Source of the DNA: an uncultured virus (IMG/VR IMGVR_UViG_3300037067_014663)
Taxonomy: Duplodnaviria; Heunggongvirae; Uroviricota; Caudoviricetes
IMG/VR virus record: IMGVR_UViG_3300037067_014663
Direction: 5' to 3' (one strand)
Length of the DNA: 64,000 bases
Below the pieces are notes generated by a model, which was not told where the DNA came from, ran no database searches, and saw only the letters and a program-made list of their open reading frames with translations. The position numbers and the translations under genes are program-made. Positions 10,330 through 20,118 of this stretch are shown piece by piece (positions within the stretch are counted from its first letter, which is position 1; each line of letters begins with the position of its first letter).

Positions 10330-11624
10330 AAATAACTATTTACTAATTCTTGTCTATATTTTTTTCTCATCTTGGTATCTACTGTACGTATTATCTGCTT
10401 TGGATGTCTACGATAGTATGCTAATGGTTTATCACAATATCCTATTTTAAAGCCATTCATAAGACAACGAAGATTAAATTCAAATTCCTCAAAAGAATAC
10501 ATTTTATTATCTTCATTAAATCCATTCAATTTCTGAAACACTTCCTTCCTATACATTAATGATGCACTGTGTATCTTATTATTTTTTAATAAACTATTTA
10601 ATGTTGGATTTGGTTCGGGTGATTTCCACAATTTTGTCTTTCCTGAACTCTGTTCCAGTTCATACACATCCCCATGAATAAAATCTGCTCCTGTTTTTTC
10701 AAAAGTCTCCAAAGAATCTTTAATGCAATTTGGAGTGAGCATATCATCTTCATGTAAAAACTTAATAAAGTCCCCTTCCACTTGATTTAAGACTTTATTA
10801 AAATTTTGTGGCCAATTACCCTCACCTTGGGAAAGAATTAATTGTACATCATCTGGAACACTATTAATAGCGTCCTGCAACCATCCTCTATTTTCTTTGT
10901 AAGGAATAATCACAGTTACTTTCTTTTTTATTGGTTCTGAAAATTCCTGTGTTGCATATTCCTTAACCCAGTCAATACTCAATGATCCTTCAACAATTCT
11001 AAAAATACGGGGTTTCCCATGAAAACAGATCAAATTTGCATCTGATGGAACAGTCATCAATAATTTCTGATCTTTCGGTTTAAAATCATAAATAGTCCTT
11101 GTTAAATTCTGCCAATATTCATCTGCCTGGATAACTTTACGTAAAAAATTATCCATACGAAACGATGAATAATTTGGATTTTTATTCCAAGCTGCCCATA
11201 CTTTTTTTATCTTTTCGCAATTTGCAGGAAACCAAACAAGTGGTGTGGCCAACCTATTTTTTCCCTGCCAAAAATCTTCAAGTACAACAAATTGGGTAGG
11301 ATCTTTAATTAAATCAAAAATATTCTCTAATGATTGAATAACCGCAGTATCCAAATCAACATAAAGAAACGGACGGTATTGTTCCATTTCTGGACTATAT
11401 AAAGCCATTCTTGACCAAGTCCCAGGATAATTATTAGTTAATGGGATGGCATCAAACCCATTTAATTCATATTTTTCTGTGACCTTATCCCATAAACAAA
11501 TAATTCGTGGTTTGATTTTTGATTTCCACTTTCCCTGAATGTGTCGTACAATTAACTCAACATCTCTAAAAGCAAAATCCCCACCACTACGCAAAACTAA
11601 CACTACAGTTCTTTGATCATTCAT
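10326..11624 (-). CDS. Two-domain glycosyltransferase (GT8-like N-terminus plus GT2 C-terminus)
   Basis: N-domain WSRMALY..LYVDLD..CFHGKPR; C-domain VTVIIPY..FLHEDD..GFNE..EEFEF..YRRH. Confidence 0.85.
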   Translation of the reverse strand: MNDQRTVVLVLRSGGDFAFRDVELIVRHIQGKWKSKIKPRIICLWDKVTEKYELNGFDAIPLTNNYPGTWSRMALYSPEMEQYRPFLYVDLDTAVIQSLENIFDLIKDPTQFVVLEDFWQGKNRLATPLVWFPANCEKIKKVWAAWNKNPNYSSFRMDNFLRKVIQADEYWQNLTRTIYDFKPKDQKLLMTVPSDANLICFHGKPRIFRIVEGSLSIDWVKEYATQEFSEPIKKKVTVIIPYKENRGWLQDAINSVPDDVQLILSQGEGNWPQNFNKVLNQVEGDFIKFLHEDDMLTPNCIKDSLETFEKTGADFIHGDVYELEQSSGKTKLWKSPEPNPTLNSLLKNNKIHSASLMYRKEVFQKLNGFNEDNKMYSFEEFEFNLRCLMNGFKIGYCDKPLAYYRRHPKQIIRTVDTKMRKKYRQELVNSYL

Positions 11625-12309
11625 AACTATTTATTACTTTAATTGTTTTCTCTTTTCTTGTTTCCTGATGCAATTTTGCATTTTTATCATATAATGCCTT
11701 ATGTTCTGGATTTCCCAAATTATATACTTTTGGATGTTGTTGATGGATTACCAAAACATCATCCGCAATTATTTTTTGTAATCCCAATCGGGTAATCCTA
11801 TCAACTAAATCATTATCATCATACCCAACACCCATAGCGTATCGTTCATCAAAACCACCCAATTTCTTCATATTTTCTTTTGTCATTGCAGCACAAAATG
11901 GATAATAAACAGGTTTAAAAATAGAATGGTTATACCAACCAAATCCAATCCCATACGTAGAAATTGAAACATAATTATTTTCAGTTACATTTTTTGCAAC
12001 ATAAGATAAAATATCATGAATATGAATACATTCGGGATTCTGTAGTAAAATAATATCACCATCTGCTTTAGCAATTCCCATATTATTTGGAATTCCCGAA
12101 TTAAAATACCATTTTTCCTCTTTTTTTACTCGAAAAACTTTTAAAAATGGAAAATCAATATCTAAATCATTTATTCTTTCTTCCATATTACTGGCATCAT
12201 CAATAACAATAATTTCATAATCATTATGTGCTGTTCTTGCAATTGATTTAAGAGTTTCAATCAATAATACTCTTCGATTATAATATGCCATCACAATCGA
12301 TATTTTCAT
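11617..12309 (-). CDS. Glycosyltransferase family 2
   Basis: ISIVMAYYNR..IIVIDDAS..GGFDERY..GYDDNDL. Confidence 0.9.
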   Translation of the reverse strand: MKISIVMAYYNRRVLLIETLKSIARTAHNDYEIIVIDDASNMEERINDLDIDFPFLKVFRVKKEEKWYFNSGIPNNMGIAKADGDIILLQNPECIHIHDILSYVAKNVTENNYVSISTYGIGFGWYNHSIFKPVYYPFCAAMTKENMKKLGGFDERYAMGVGYDDNDLVDRITRLGLQKIIADDVLVIHQQHPKVYNLGNPEHKALYDKNAKLHQETRKEKTIKVINSYE

Positions 12310-12887
12310 TCGCTACTATTTATTTCTATCATCATTTTTATAATCACACTATCTAAATTAAAAAAATTACTGCCAAGAACCGTTGGAGGATCATCAACTG
12401 TCCAATTTATTGGAAGATATTCCCGCCAATATTTAAAATAACTGCTAAAGTCCCTTAATCCAGGATCTTTATCCGTCATTAGTTTTATTTCTTTACCAAA
12501 TTTACCTGTTTTTGCAGAATATCCAGTATCATGTATAACAAGATAATCTGATGTATCCTTATATTTATTTATTGCCAACATCCGAACTTCCCAAGTAATA
12601 CTATCAACAAATACAACACCCCAATTTGTATTATCTTCTTTATAAAAATTTAATGTTGATTCAACATCAACTTGTAAAAATGAATGATCTTTTGATTTTA
12701 AAAACGCATATCTATCTAACCATTTTTGATTATGATCTACTGTAATTATTTTTCTTCCTTCGGCTACACTATGAATTAACTGAGTAGAAAAATCACCAGC
12801 ACCCAATTCTAAAATTGGTTTATTCCCACTTATTTTAATTGCTTCTAAAAGCACTTGTTGATGCGATCCTACTCCTACTATATCCAT
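12306..12887 (-). CDS. Class I SAM-dependent methyltransferase-like protein
   Basis: ILELGAGDFST..ITVDH..VFVDS..LVIHD. Confidence 0.7.
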   Translation of the reverse strand: MDIVGVGSHQQVLLEAIKISGNKPILELGAGDFSTQLIHSVAEGRKIITVDHNQKWLDRYAFLKSKDHSFLQVDVESTLNFYKEDNTNWGVVFVDSITWEVRMLAINKYKDTSDYLVIHDTGYSAKTGKFGKEIKLMTDKDPGLRDFSSYFKYWREYLPINWTVDDPPTVLGSNFFNLDSVIIKMMIEINSSE

Positions 12888-12889
12888 AA

Positions 12890-13978
12890 TTACTGCCCCA
12901 TTAATAAACGAATAACTGTATCTGAAACATTCAGTTTAAAATAATCATTATCTATTGACCAAGATTGTTTTATTTCTCCTATAGAATGATATGCTCGTAA
13001 AATATCTTCTTTTTTAGTTCCTGCCAAAATTAACGAACCACATTCCATTAACTCCTGACGCTCTGTCGTATTTCTTAAAACAATACATGGTTTACCAAAT
13101 AGAGAAGTTTCCTCTGGAACTGTGCCGGAATCCGTTAAAATTACTTTTGCATGTTTCTCTAAATAAACAAAATCAAAAAACCCAATCGGATCGGTTAATA
13201 TAACTTTATCAGAAAACTTTATTCCATGTTTTGCAAATTGGTCCTTAGTTCTCGGATGAAATGAATAAATAACCGGAAGATCCTCTGCAATTTCATTTAT
13301 TGCTTCAACAACCTGTTTTGATTTTTCTCTATTATCAACATTTTCTGTTCGATGATACGATAAAAGAGCGTACGGATTTGCAATACCCCTATCCCAAGTA
13401 TACGGCATAATCCCTAATCGCATCAAAATATCACTATCATCAATTTGTTTTTGATAATAACACAGCACTTCCCAAATTGGATTGCCTATTTTAAAAACAA
13501 AATTCTTATGAAATCTTTCATTAATAAGATTCTGTTTACTATTTTCTGTGTATGGTAAATTGTATAATGAACAAGAATCAATAACTTTTCTATTTGTTTC
13601 TTCCGGCACCTCTCCATCGTAACATCTATTTCCAGCTTCCATGTGATAAACAGGAATCCCCTTTTTAGCAGCCAATATTGCAAGTAATCCTGAATTTGTA
13701 TCCCCTAAAACCAAAACCTTATCTGGTTTTTCTTCATCTATTATTTTGTCAAAATGAAGAAAAGCATTTCCTATAAAATCCCCCAAACCATTTGTTTTTG
13801 GAAACATATAATCTGGTGTTCTTATTCCTAAATCTTTTAAAAAAATTGTGCTGAGATTTGGATCAAAATTTTGATTCGTATAAATCGTTATTTGTGTACA
13901 AACAGAATCCAATTTTGTTATTATTCGACTTAATCGAATAATTTCAGGGCGTGTGCCCATCAGTGTTAAAACTTTCAT
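12890..13978 (-). CDS. Non-hydrolysing UDP-N-acetylhexosamine 2-epimerase (WecB / FnlC-Cap5G-like)
   Basis: GTRPEIIRLS, GDTNS, HMEAGNRCYD..PEE.NR, HRTENVD, TDSGTVPEE, LRNTTERQE. Confidence 0.92.
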   Translation of the reverse strand: MKVLTLMGTRPEIIRLSRIITKLDSVCTQITIYTNQNFDPNLSTIFLKDLGIRTPDYMFPKTNGLGDFIGNAFLHFDKIIDEEKPDKVLVLGDTNSGLLAILAAKKGIPVYHMEAGNRCYDGEVPEETNRKVIDSCSLYNLPYTENSKQNLINERFHKNFVFKIGNPIWEVLCYYQKQIDDSDILMRLGIMPYTWDRGIANPYALLSYHRTENVDNREKSKQVVEAINEIAEDLPVIYSFHPRTKDQFAKHGIKFSDKVILTDPIGFFDFVYLEKHAKVILTDSGTVPEETSLFGKPCIVLRNTTERQELMECGSLILAGTKKEDILRAYHSIGEIKQSWSIDNDYFKLNVSDTVIRLLMGQ

Positions 13979-14739
13979 TTTACATAAATTTTATTCGTTT
14001 TTACTTTTATTCTATTTGGAAAACTTATACGTAATGCAGTAAGTAATTGTAAATTTCGTTTATTTGTGTATAATACTGGTTTGTGCCATTGATGAATGCA
14101 AAAAGGAGAATCTATCAAATGCAATTCTAATCCAAGATTTTTAACCCGATCAACAAATTCGTAATCATCATATCCTATACCTATTTCAAATTGCTCATCA
14201 TACCCAGAAAGTATTTCCATATCTTCCGTATTAATTGCAGCACAATATGGAATGAGTGTATAATTTGAAGAATGAGATCCCCAATAAGCATTGCCTACCT
14301 CTTTCGTAGAAAACCAATCCATTCCTTCTTCAATCTTTTTTGTTAACTCAGGACTCCCCATATATGTAGAAAAACTAATGTACGATTTTTCTTCCATATT
14401 AGTAAAAATGTAATTTAAAATATCCCCATTATGATAACATTCTGAACTATTAATTAGTATTGTATCCCCACTAACTTTACTAAATCCTATATTATAAGCA
14501 ATACATGGACCTCTCCACTTTTTATCTTTGCATGATAACACAAATAATTTAATCGGCAAATCTGGAAATAATTTATCAATATCATAAATTTGGTGTTCTT
14601 TACTGCTTCCATCATCTACAATAATTACTTCAATAGAATAATTACTTTTATAACGATTAATTGACTTTAATGTATTTAAAAGTAATTGCCTCCTATTATA
14701 GTAAGGTATCACAATTGATAACAATTTAATTTCTCTCAT
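13975..14739 (-). CDS. Glycosyltransferase family 2
   Basis: SIVIPYYNR..IIVDDGS..GYDEQF..GYDDYEF..HQWH; paralogue of 11617..12309. Confidence 0.9.
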   Translation of the reverse strand: MREIKLLSIVIPYYNRRQLLLNTLKSINRYKSNYSIEVIIVDDGSSKEHQIYDIDKLFPDLPIKLFVLSCKDKKWRGPCIAYNIGFSKVSGDTILINSSECYHNGDILNYIFTNMEEKSYISFSTYMGSPELTKKIEEGMDWFSTKEVGNAYWGSHSSNYTLIPYCAAINTEDMEILSGYDEQFEIGIGYDDYEFVDRVKNLGLELHLIDSPFCIHQWHKPVLYTNKRNLQLLTALRISFPNRIKVKTNKIYVK

Positions 14740-15556
14740 TTAAAATTTTATTTTTCCAGTACTCAAAAGTTAACATTTGCATATTTATAGTTTTTCTATT
14801 TAAAATAAACTCAAATTGATTTTGAAGAAATTCTTCTGTAACTTCCTCCCAATTATTAACAAAACAAATAGGTAAATTTTTATAAAATAAATAATTAGTA
14901 TTTTTTAATAGAATAGGAATACTACACATATACAAAGTTTCCCATACCCGATGCGTATCAATTCCATTACCTTCGGGACAAACAACAAATTTATGTTGAT
15001 ACACATTACAAATATATTTATTAAATTCTATTCCATTTTTACGATCACATTCTGTTGCAGTTACCCAAGGTTTACTATTAAAAAACGCATACGCAGTTTG
15101 TCTTTTATTTTTATTCGTTTTAATATCAAAATTAATATAAACTATATTTTTATAATTTTTTTGTTGTTCAAACACACATTCCATTTGGTCTTTTTTACAT
15201 AACGTTGGAAACCATCTGTCATTTTCTAAACCAATTGGTATTGACTCTATTTTTAAATTCACAACATCAACATTTGTTGTAAACCATTTTTTAACACAAG
15301 AAGGAACTCGAAAAGATTCATCAATATTTACATCGCTATTGTGTGAAATAACAATAATATGACCATTTGTAAACAGTTTTAAAATATCAAATAATTGCTT
15401 AACATACATCGTATGTGTATAAATAATTGAGTTGTTATTTAATTTATGTGCATTAAATGTGTTTGGCAATTTATAATAATCATCACTTGCTACCTCTTTC
15501 GGCGTAAAAACCATATCTGCAATTTCCCAAAATTTTTGCCCCTGAATCCAATCCAT
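14726..15556 (-). CDS. Exostosin (GT47)-like glycosyltransferase
   Basis: SHNSD, IPIGLEN, KFVVCPEGNGIDTHRVWETLYMCSIPI. Confidence 0.7.
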   Translation of the reverse strand: MDWIQGQKFWEIADMVFTPKEVASDDYYKLPNTFNAHKLNNNSIIYTHTMYVKQLFDILKLFTNGHIIVISHNSDVNIDESFRVPSCVKKWFTTNVDVVNLKIESIPIGLENDRWFPTLCKKDQMECVFEQQKNYKNIVYINFDIKTNKNKRQTAYAFFNSKPWVTATECDRKNGIEFNKYICNVYQHKFVVCPEGNGIDTHRVWETLYMCSIPILLKNTNYLFYKNLPICFVNNWEEVTEEFLQNQFEFILNRKTINMQMLTFEYWKNKILNERN

Positions 15557-15557
15557 T

Positions 15558-16337
15558 TTATTTCTTTTTAGTTTTTGACCAACTTACAGCCCAATGATGT
15601 AGAGCATACGAATTTGGTTGTATATATTTATAAGCATCCCCATTTTTTCTTACATTATTTGGAAATGGATAAAAGAAATCCGTAGGAAATGCAACAATTC
15701 CTTTTTTAAATCCCCGAACAATTGCAAAAAAATTCCGGGTAAAAAAGTAAGTGCCTGTTGTATTAAATACATTTTGCCACTTGTTTTCATCTAAATTATT
15801 CCAATGTTGTAACGAATGAACAATTTGTTGTAATATGGGATGTCCCGGAACACTTCCTATTAATCCAATGTACAATTCAACATCAGAAGGATAACCCACA
15901 CCCACAAAAAAATCTAAATACAACAATGGATCAAATGATTTTAAACATTCGAAATCGGTATCCGCATATACCCCACCAAATTGATTTAAGATATGATAAC
16001 GCAAAAAGTCAGATTTCTGTCCCATATTCTTTATTGAATCAAATAATTTTCTATTAGAAATATTAACATCATTAACATTATCATCTGTCCACAATTTATA
16101 TTCCCAATCAGGATTACATTTCTGCCACGTTTCCGTTAATTTTTTAAATTTATCCGGTATTGTACTGCCCAACCAAATCTGATGAATCTTTTTAGGTATT
16201 ACTTTATATTCCTTGTTTTCCGCAAAAACATAATTTTTATCAAAAAGAACACGCAACACTTTCCACTTTGGACTTTGATTATACAATTCCTGATTGAAAT
16301 CATACGATTTCTTAACTAATGAATAAAACAATTCCAT
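15558..16337 (-). CDS. GT32 (OCH1-like, DXD) glycosyltransferase
   Basis: IPKKIHQIWLG..NPDWEYKLWTD..SDFLRY..GGVYADTD..HHWAVSW. Confidence 0.9.
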   Translation of the reverse strand: MELFYSLVKKSYDFNQELYNQSPKWKVLRVLFDKNYVFAENKEYKVIPKKIHQIWLGSTIPDKFKKLTETWQKCNPDWEYKLWTDDNVNDVNISNRKLFDSIKNMGQKSDFLRYHILNQFGGVYADTDFECLKSFDPLLYLDFFVGVGYPSDVELYIGLIGSVPGHPILQQIVHSLQHWNNLDENKWQNVFNTTGTYFFTRNFFAIVRGFKKGIVAFPTDFFYPFPNNVRKNGDAYKYIQPNSYALHHWAVSWSKTKKK

Positions 16338-16338
16338 A

Positions 16339-16959
16339 CTATTTAATTTTTAAATAAAAAGCATCACCCCACCTTTTTGGAGTCATGTGTGTACACTCAC
16401 GACGAAACCCGAAATCTTTAAGATATTCATCTACTTCATGAATTAAACAACAATTTTTGTATAAATGTTCCTCATTTACTTCTGTATAAATATAATCCAT
16501 TTTAGTAATTAATGAACCAAAACTTTTGATAACATTCAATTCTACTCCCTGAACGTCTATATTAAGAAAATTGAAATCTGTTACATTATGTTTACCTATT
16601 TTAAAAAAATCATCCAAACGAATCATTTTGATTTCCTGATCCAGAACATATTTAATATTTGGATGATGAAATGTGTGTGTGCCTAAGTTTAAAATAGAAG
16701 AACTCTGCCCATCATTATTTGAAATATGTAAAATTGTTTTTTCTAAAGTATCATGAACACCCAAATTATATGCAATATGTCCCGATACAATTTCTATTCT
16801 TTTCTGTAATCTATCAAATACTTCTTTATTCGGTTCAAACCAAATCACTTTATTAAACCCCTGTTGAATATACCAATTTCTTTCCTGCCCTTCATGTGCC
16901 CCCACATGAATAACCCCTCTTCTTTCCTTCAAATATTTTGTAAAATTTGTAAATAGCAT
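16339..16959 (-). CDS. FkbM-family methyltransferase
   Basis: IHVGAHEGQE..WFEPN..SSSIL..FLNIDVQGVELNV..TEV..WGDAFY. Confidence 0.9.
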   Translation of the reverse strand: MLFTNFTKYLKERRGVIHVGAHEGQERNWYIQQGFNKVIWFEPNKEVFDRLQKRIEIVSGHIAYNLGVHDTLEKTILHISNNDGQSSSILNLGTHTFHHPNIKYVLDQEIKMIRLDDFFKIGKHNVTDFNFLNIDVQGVELNVIKSFGSLITKMDYIYTEVNEEHLYKNCCLIHEVDEYLKDFGFRRECTHMTPKRWGDAFYLKIK

Positions 16960-16963
16960 ACGT

Positions 16964-17746
16964 TTATAATATTAACCACCCTTCAGGATGTAAAAATTCT
17001 AAACACATTTCGTTTTGTTGTTCCTCGGTTAATCTCCATTCTTTTGGAGCAACCACAATCTTATTTGGATTATCATTCAGCATTGCTGCCCACCAACTAA
17101 AAGTGCTGTTTGCTATTATGTTATGTTTACAAAGTCGCATTAATTCAAAATCTAAATATTCGTTTAAATGAATAAATTGACATTCCCATCCCGTATCATC
17201 TATAAAATTTTTAATGCACCAATCAATATCATCACTAAAAACGAATATATTAGAAGAACTCTCAATTGTATTGTAAATAGCCCAACGATAATAATCTTTT
17301 GTTAGTATATTTATTTTGTCTTTAAAATCACCCCTTCTAACATGGATTGAAATAGATGCTGATTCATTTAAAATGATTTCTTTCCATTCTAAAAATTCCT
17401 TTGTGTAAAATTCTTTTTTCAATTTAAATTCCTCTTTTAAAATAGGCAGGATATGTTTAAAATATCTTGGATCTTGCCAATATCCATGAAAATTGAATGA
17501 TGTTACATTCGTCATATTTGGATTATACTTAACGTATTTCTCCAATATATTTTTCTGTGGAAGAAAATCGCTCGTTTTCACTTTTATATTAAATTTATCC
17601 AAAATATACGGACGATTTGTATTCTTACTACGACCGTACCAATTAATATTAAAACCAACATCTAATCCATTTTCCATCTGTGCCCGACCAAAAGCATACT
17701 GAAACAATTGATTTCCTAATCCACCACACACTTTTACTACATTCAT
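16964..17746 (-). CDS. Alpha-1,2-fucosyltransferase (GT11)
   Basis: GGLGNQLFQYA, GYWQ, SIHVRRGD, FSDDIDWC, IIANSTFSWWAA. Confidence 0.92.
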   Translation of the reverse strand: MNVVKVCGGLGNQLFQYAFGRAQMENGLDVGFNINWYGRSKNTNRPYILDKFNIKVKTSDFLPQKNILEKYVKYNPNMTNVTSFNFHGYWQDPRYFKHILPILKEEFKLKKEFYTKEFLEWKEIILNESASISIHVRRGDFKDKINILTKDYYRWAIYNTIESSSNIFVFSDDIDWCIKNFIDDTGWECQFIHLNEYLDFELMRLCKHNIIANSTFSWWAAMLNDNPNKIVVAPKEWRLTEEQQNEMCLEFLHPEGWLIL

Positions 17747-18438
17747 AATACATCCTTTAAATTAATTTTAGGGAACTCCTTAATTGCTGAATTAGGACAA
17801 ACATTAATAATCTGAATTCCCCTATGTTTAGCATCTTTGTAAATATCAATAAATCCTCGCAAATGTCGCTCAAAAGGCAACCCTTTATTATTTTTTACGG
17901 ATATTGTACTAAATCTATGATATAAATCGTGCCAATGTTGTCTATTTTCGGAATTTAATTCCATATCAAAACCAAGTAAAAATATTCGTTTTGCCCCAGC
18001 ATTTGCAGCAATGCTTATTGCCGCAGCACCACTATTCCCATTCCAAGAAACCATTTTTGGGTTTGGGGATATACCTCTTGGTTTTTTACTATCTTTTGAT
18101 AAATATTTAATCCAATTATGACCCTCAATACTGGGATGACACGTTACTTTTATTCCTACAAATTCAGATAATTTTTTTTGTTGGCTTAAAAAAAAACTAC
18201 TATCACCAAAAAATACAATATCAATCCAATCCCCTATTAAATATGCAACATTTACCCCAATAACATGTTTATCATGAAGAAAAGACATATATGGAGAATA
18301 CACACTCGGTGGGGATTCATTGTATACAACCGATTTAATCACACGATCGGGTATATCAAATTGTTTAGGTAAACTTGGTCCTCCCCCTAAAATCCAAACA
18401 TCCTCTTGATCCCACATTTTTGGAACTTGCCAAATCAT
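17743..18438 (-). CDS. Maf/DUF115-like (GT42-related) transferase
   Basis: ILGGGPSL..IGVN..NSGAAAISIA..GAKRIFLLGFD..IINVCPNSAI. Confidence 0.65.
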   Translation of the reverse strand: MIWQVPKMWDQEDVWILGGGPSLPKQFDIPDRVIKSVVYNESPPSVYSPYMSFLHDKHVIGVNVAYLIGDWIDIVFFGDSSFFLSQQKKLSEFVGIKVTCHPSIEGHNWIKYLSKDSKKPRGISPNPKMVSWNGNSGAAAISIAANAGAKRIFLLGFDMELNSENRQHWHDLYHRFSTISVKNNKGLPFERHLRGFIDIYKDAKHRGIQIINVCPNSAIKEFPKINLKDVL

Positions 18439-18926
18439 CTACTTAAATCTTCAATCAATTTTTTTGCGCTTTCTTCTGAAATTGGAATGCCATTTATCTT
18501 TTTACCTGATTCATTATTAATAACATCAAAACCATCCCCTCTCGAAACTAAATCAAATTCTGCTTTTTTACCTAAAATAGGTGCCGCACTAACCTTTATC
18601 GGAACATCTTCGAGTGGATAAATAGTGTCACGAAAACTTACAGGTATATCAGACCATCTGGCTTTAAATTTTTCACCAGGTTTTATAATCCTTCTACGAC
18701 CCATGTGAAATGATCCACCAGTGTTTTTTAATAAAATTTCTCTTTCTACCCCTGTTTCCGTAATCACTTCAACAACTTTTACAGGTTTTGAAACAACAGT
18801 TTCTTTCTCTGTTGATTTTTCAATCACTTCTTTTAATTTATCTTCATCAAGAACAGGAACTATTTTTTCTTTTTCTACCTTTTTAACCGTTTCTTTTTTC
18901 TCTACTTTTTTTGTTGCTCTTTCCAT
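18435..18926 (-). CDS. Hypothetical protein following the capsid gene (Lys/Glu-rich N-terminus)
   Basis: 163-aa ORF directly after the major capsid gene. Confidence 0.7.
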   Translation of the reverse strand: MERATKKVEKKETVKKVEKEKIVPVLDEDKLKEVIEKSTEKETVVSKPVKVVEVITETGVEREILLKNTGGSFHMGRRRIIKPGEKFKARWSDIPVSFRDTIYPLEDVPIKVSAAPILGKKAEFDLVSRGDGFDVINNESGKKINGIPISEESAKKLIEDLSR

Positions 18927-18955
18927 TACTTTAAATTTATTAAATTAAAAAATAA

Positions 18956-18972
18956 ATCACTTGATTAGTGAT
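18956..18972 (-). terminator. Short hairpin plus U-rich tract after the major capsid gene
   Basis: Minus strand ATCACT-AATCA-AGTGAT followed by TTATTTTTT. Confidence 0.55.
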
Positions 18973-18977
18973 CGGAA

Positions 18978-20093
18978 TTATGCTAAATGAGCTATGCCAC
19001 ATTTGCCATTGTAATCAGAACGAATTTGAGGAACCTGAATAGTCATAACTTTATATTTAGTTAACATATTCCCCTCAACTCCCCACTGAATATTTGTCAA
19101 ACCCATTCCACGAACAAGGCGAACAGTATTCGTTTTCATCTGCACCATAAGAACGTTATCAGTAGTTAAAGTATCGATAACCTTAATTCCTTTAATGTTT
19201 TTTAACTTCAAAATACGTTCTGCAATAGTCAACGTTGTTCCATTCACAGTTGTCGTGTAATCATCATCCAATATTCTTTCATAAGCAGTTGGGATATAGA
19301 GCATATATGGGCCGTATTGATGGGCAGCAACTAAAGCTGCTTTCATATCCTGAACATCCTGTAAAATACCAGCAGCAGTTATTGCTGAATGATCCCAAGG
19401 AATACTTAAAGTTACTTTATTGCGATCTGGAAAACTCAAATAAGAATAAATACTATTTCTACTATCACTCCCCTTTTCACCAAATGAATAAGAAGTATTT
19501 GTAAACAGCAAACTTTCCAATTTCTCATCAACTCTCCTTGCAGCATCCTGTGCATCTATAACTTCTATGGAATTCCCCAAACTACGAGATGATGCTAAAG
19601 TTCTTGCATCTATTTCGTAATCCACAGAAATAATAGGTACTGGTGTATAATGGTAATGAAAATCTGGTTTATCATTCCTTCCACGATTAACACCATCCAT
19701 TGTTATTTGTGCCTCTAATGCATCAGATACAGTATGATGTTCCAAAATTGTAGTACCCATAGCATTTTGAAGATTCCATACAAGACCATTATCAATTAAA
19801 TCTTGCACTCCACCGAGACGTTCACGAGAAACATCAATTATAGCCTCATCCAATTGTTTCCATTCATCCCTACGAAGAGTTGCATTAGTTGTAATTGGAA
19901 CTGACTTATGAATAGCAATACCATTAACATCTGTACCCACACAAACTGTCATGTATTTCCCCCAAACTCCTTGTTTGTTCTTTGCAAAATATGGACGAGC
20001 TAATCCCGGATCGAGGCCTCCATTTGTACCTAAAATATTATTTAAAGCCTGTTGCCCATTAGCTAACATATCCATGTTTACTTGACCTATCAT
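18978..20093 (-). CDS. Major capsid protein (HK97 fold, linocin M18 / encapsulin-like)
   Basis: NATLRRDEWKQLDEAII..RERLGGVQDL, PIISVDYEIDARTLASSR, YGPYMLYIP. Start moved to ATG 20093 because of AGGAGG at 20100-20105. Confidence 0.9.
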   Translation of the reverse strand: MIGQVNMDMLANGQQALNNILGTNGGLDPGLARPYFAKNKQGVWGKYMTVCVGTDVNGIAIHKSVPITTNATLRRDEWKQLDEAIIDVSRERLGGVQDLIDNGLVWNLQNAMGTTILEHHTVSDALEAQITMDGVNRGRNDKPDFHYHYTPVPIISVDYEIDARTLASSRSLGNSIEVIDAQDAARRVDEKLESLLFTNTSYSFGEKGSDSRNSIYSYLSFPDRNKVTLSIPWDHSAITAAGILQDVQDMKAALVAAHQYGPYMLYIPTAYERILDDDYTTTVNGTTLTIAERILKLKNIKGIKVIDTLTTDNVLMVQMKTNTVRLVRGMGLTNIQWGVEGNMLTKYKVMTIQVPQIRSDYNGKCGIAHLA

Positions 20094-20118
20094 TATTTTC
20101 CTCCTTTCTTTTTTTAAA

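Noticed and set aside
18978..20093. Cellular encapsulin
   Set aside because: Its position among protease, decoration, portal and tail genes shows it is the phage major capsid protein.
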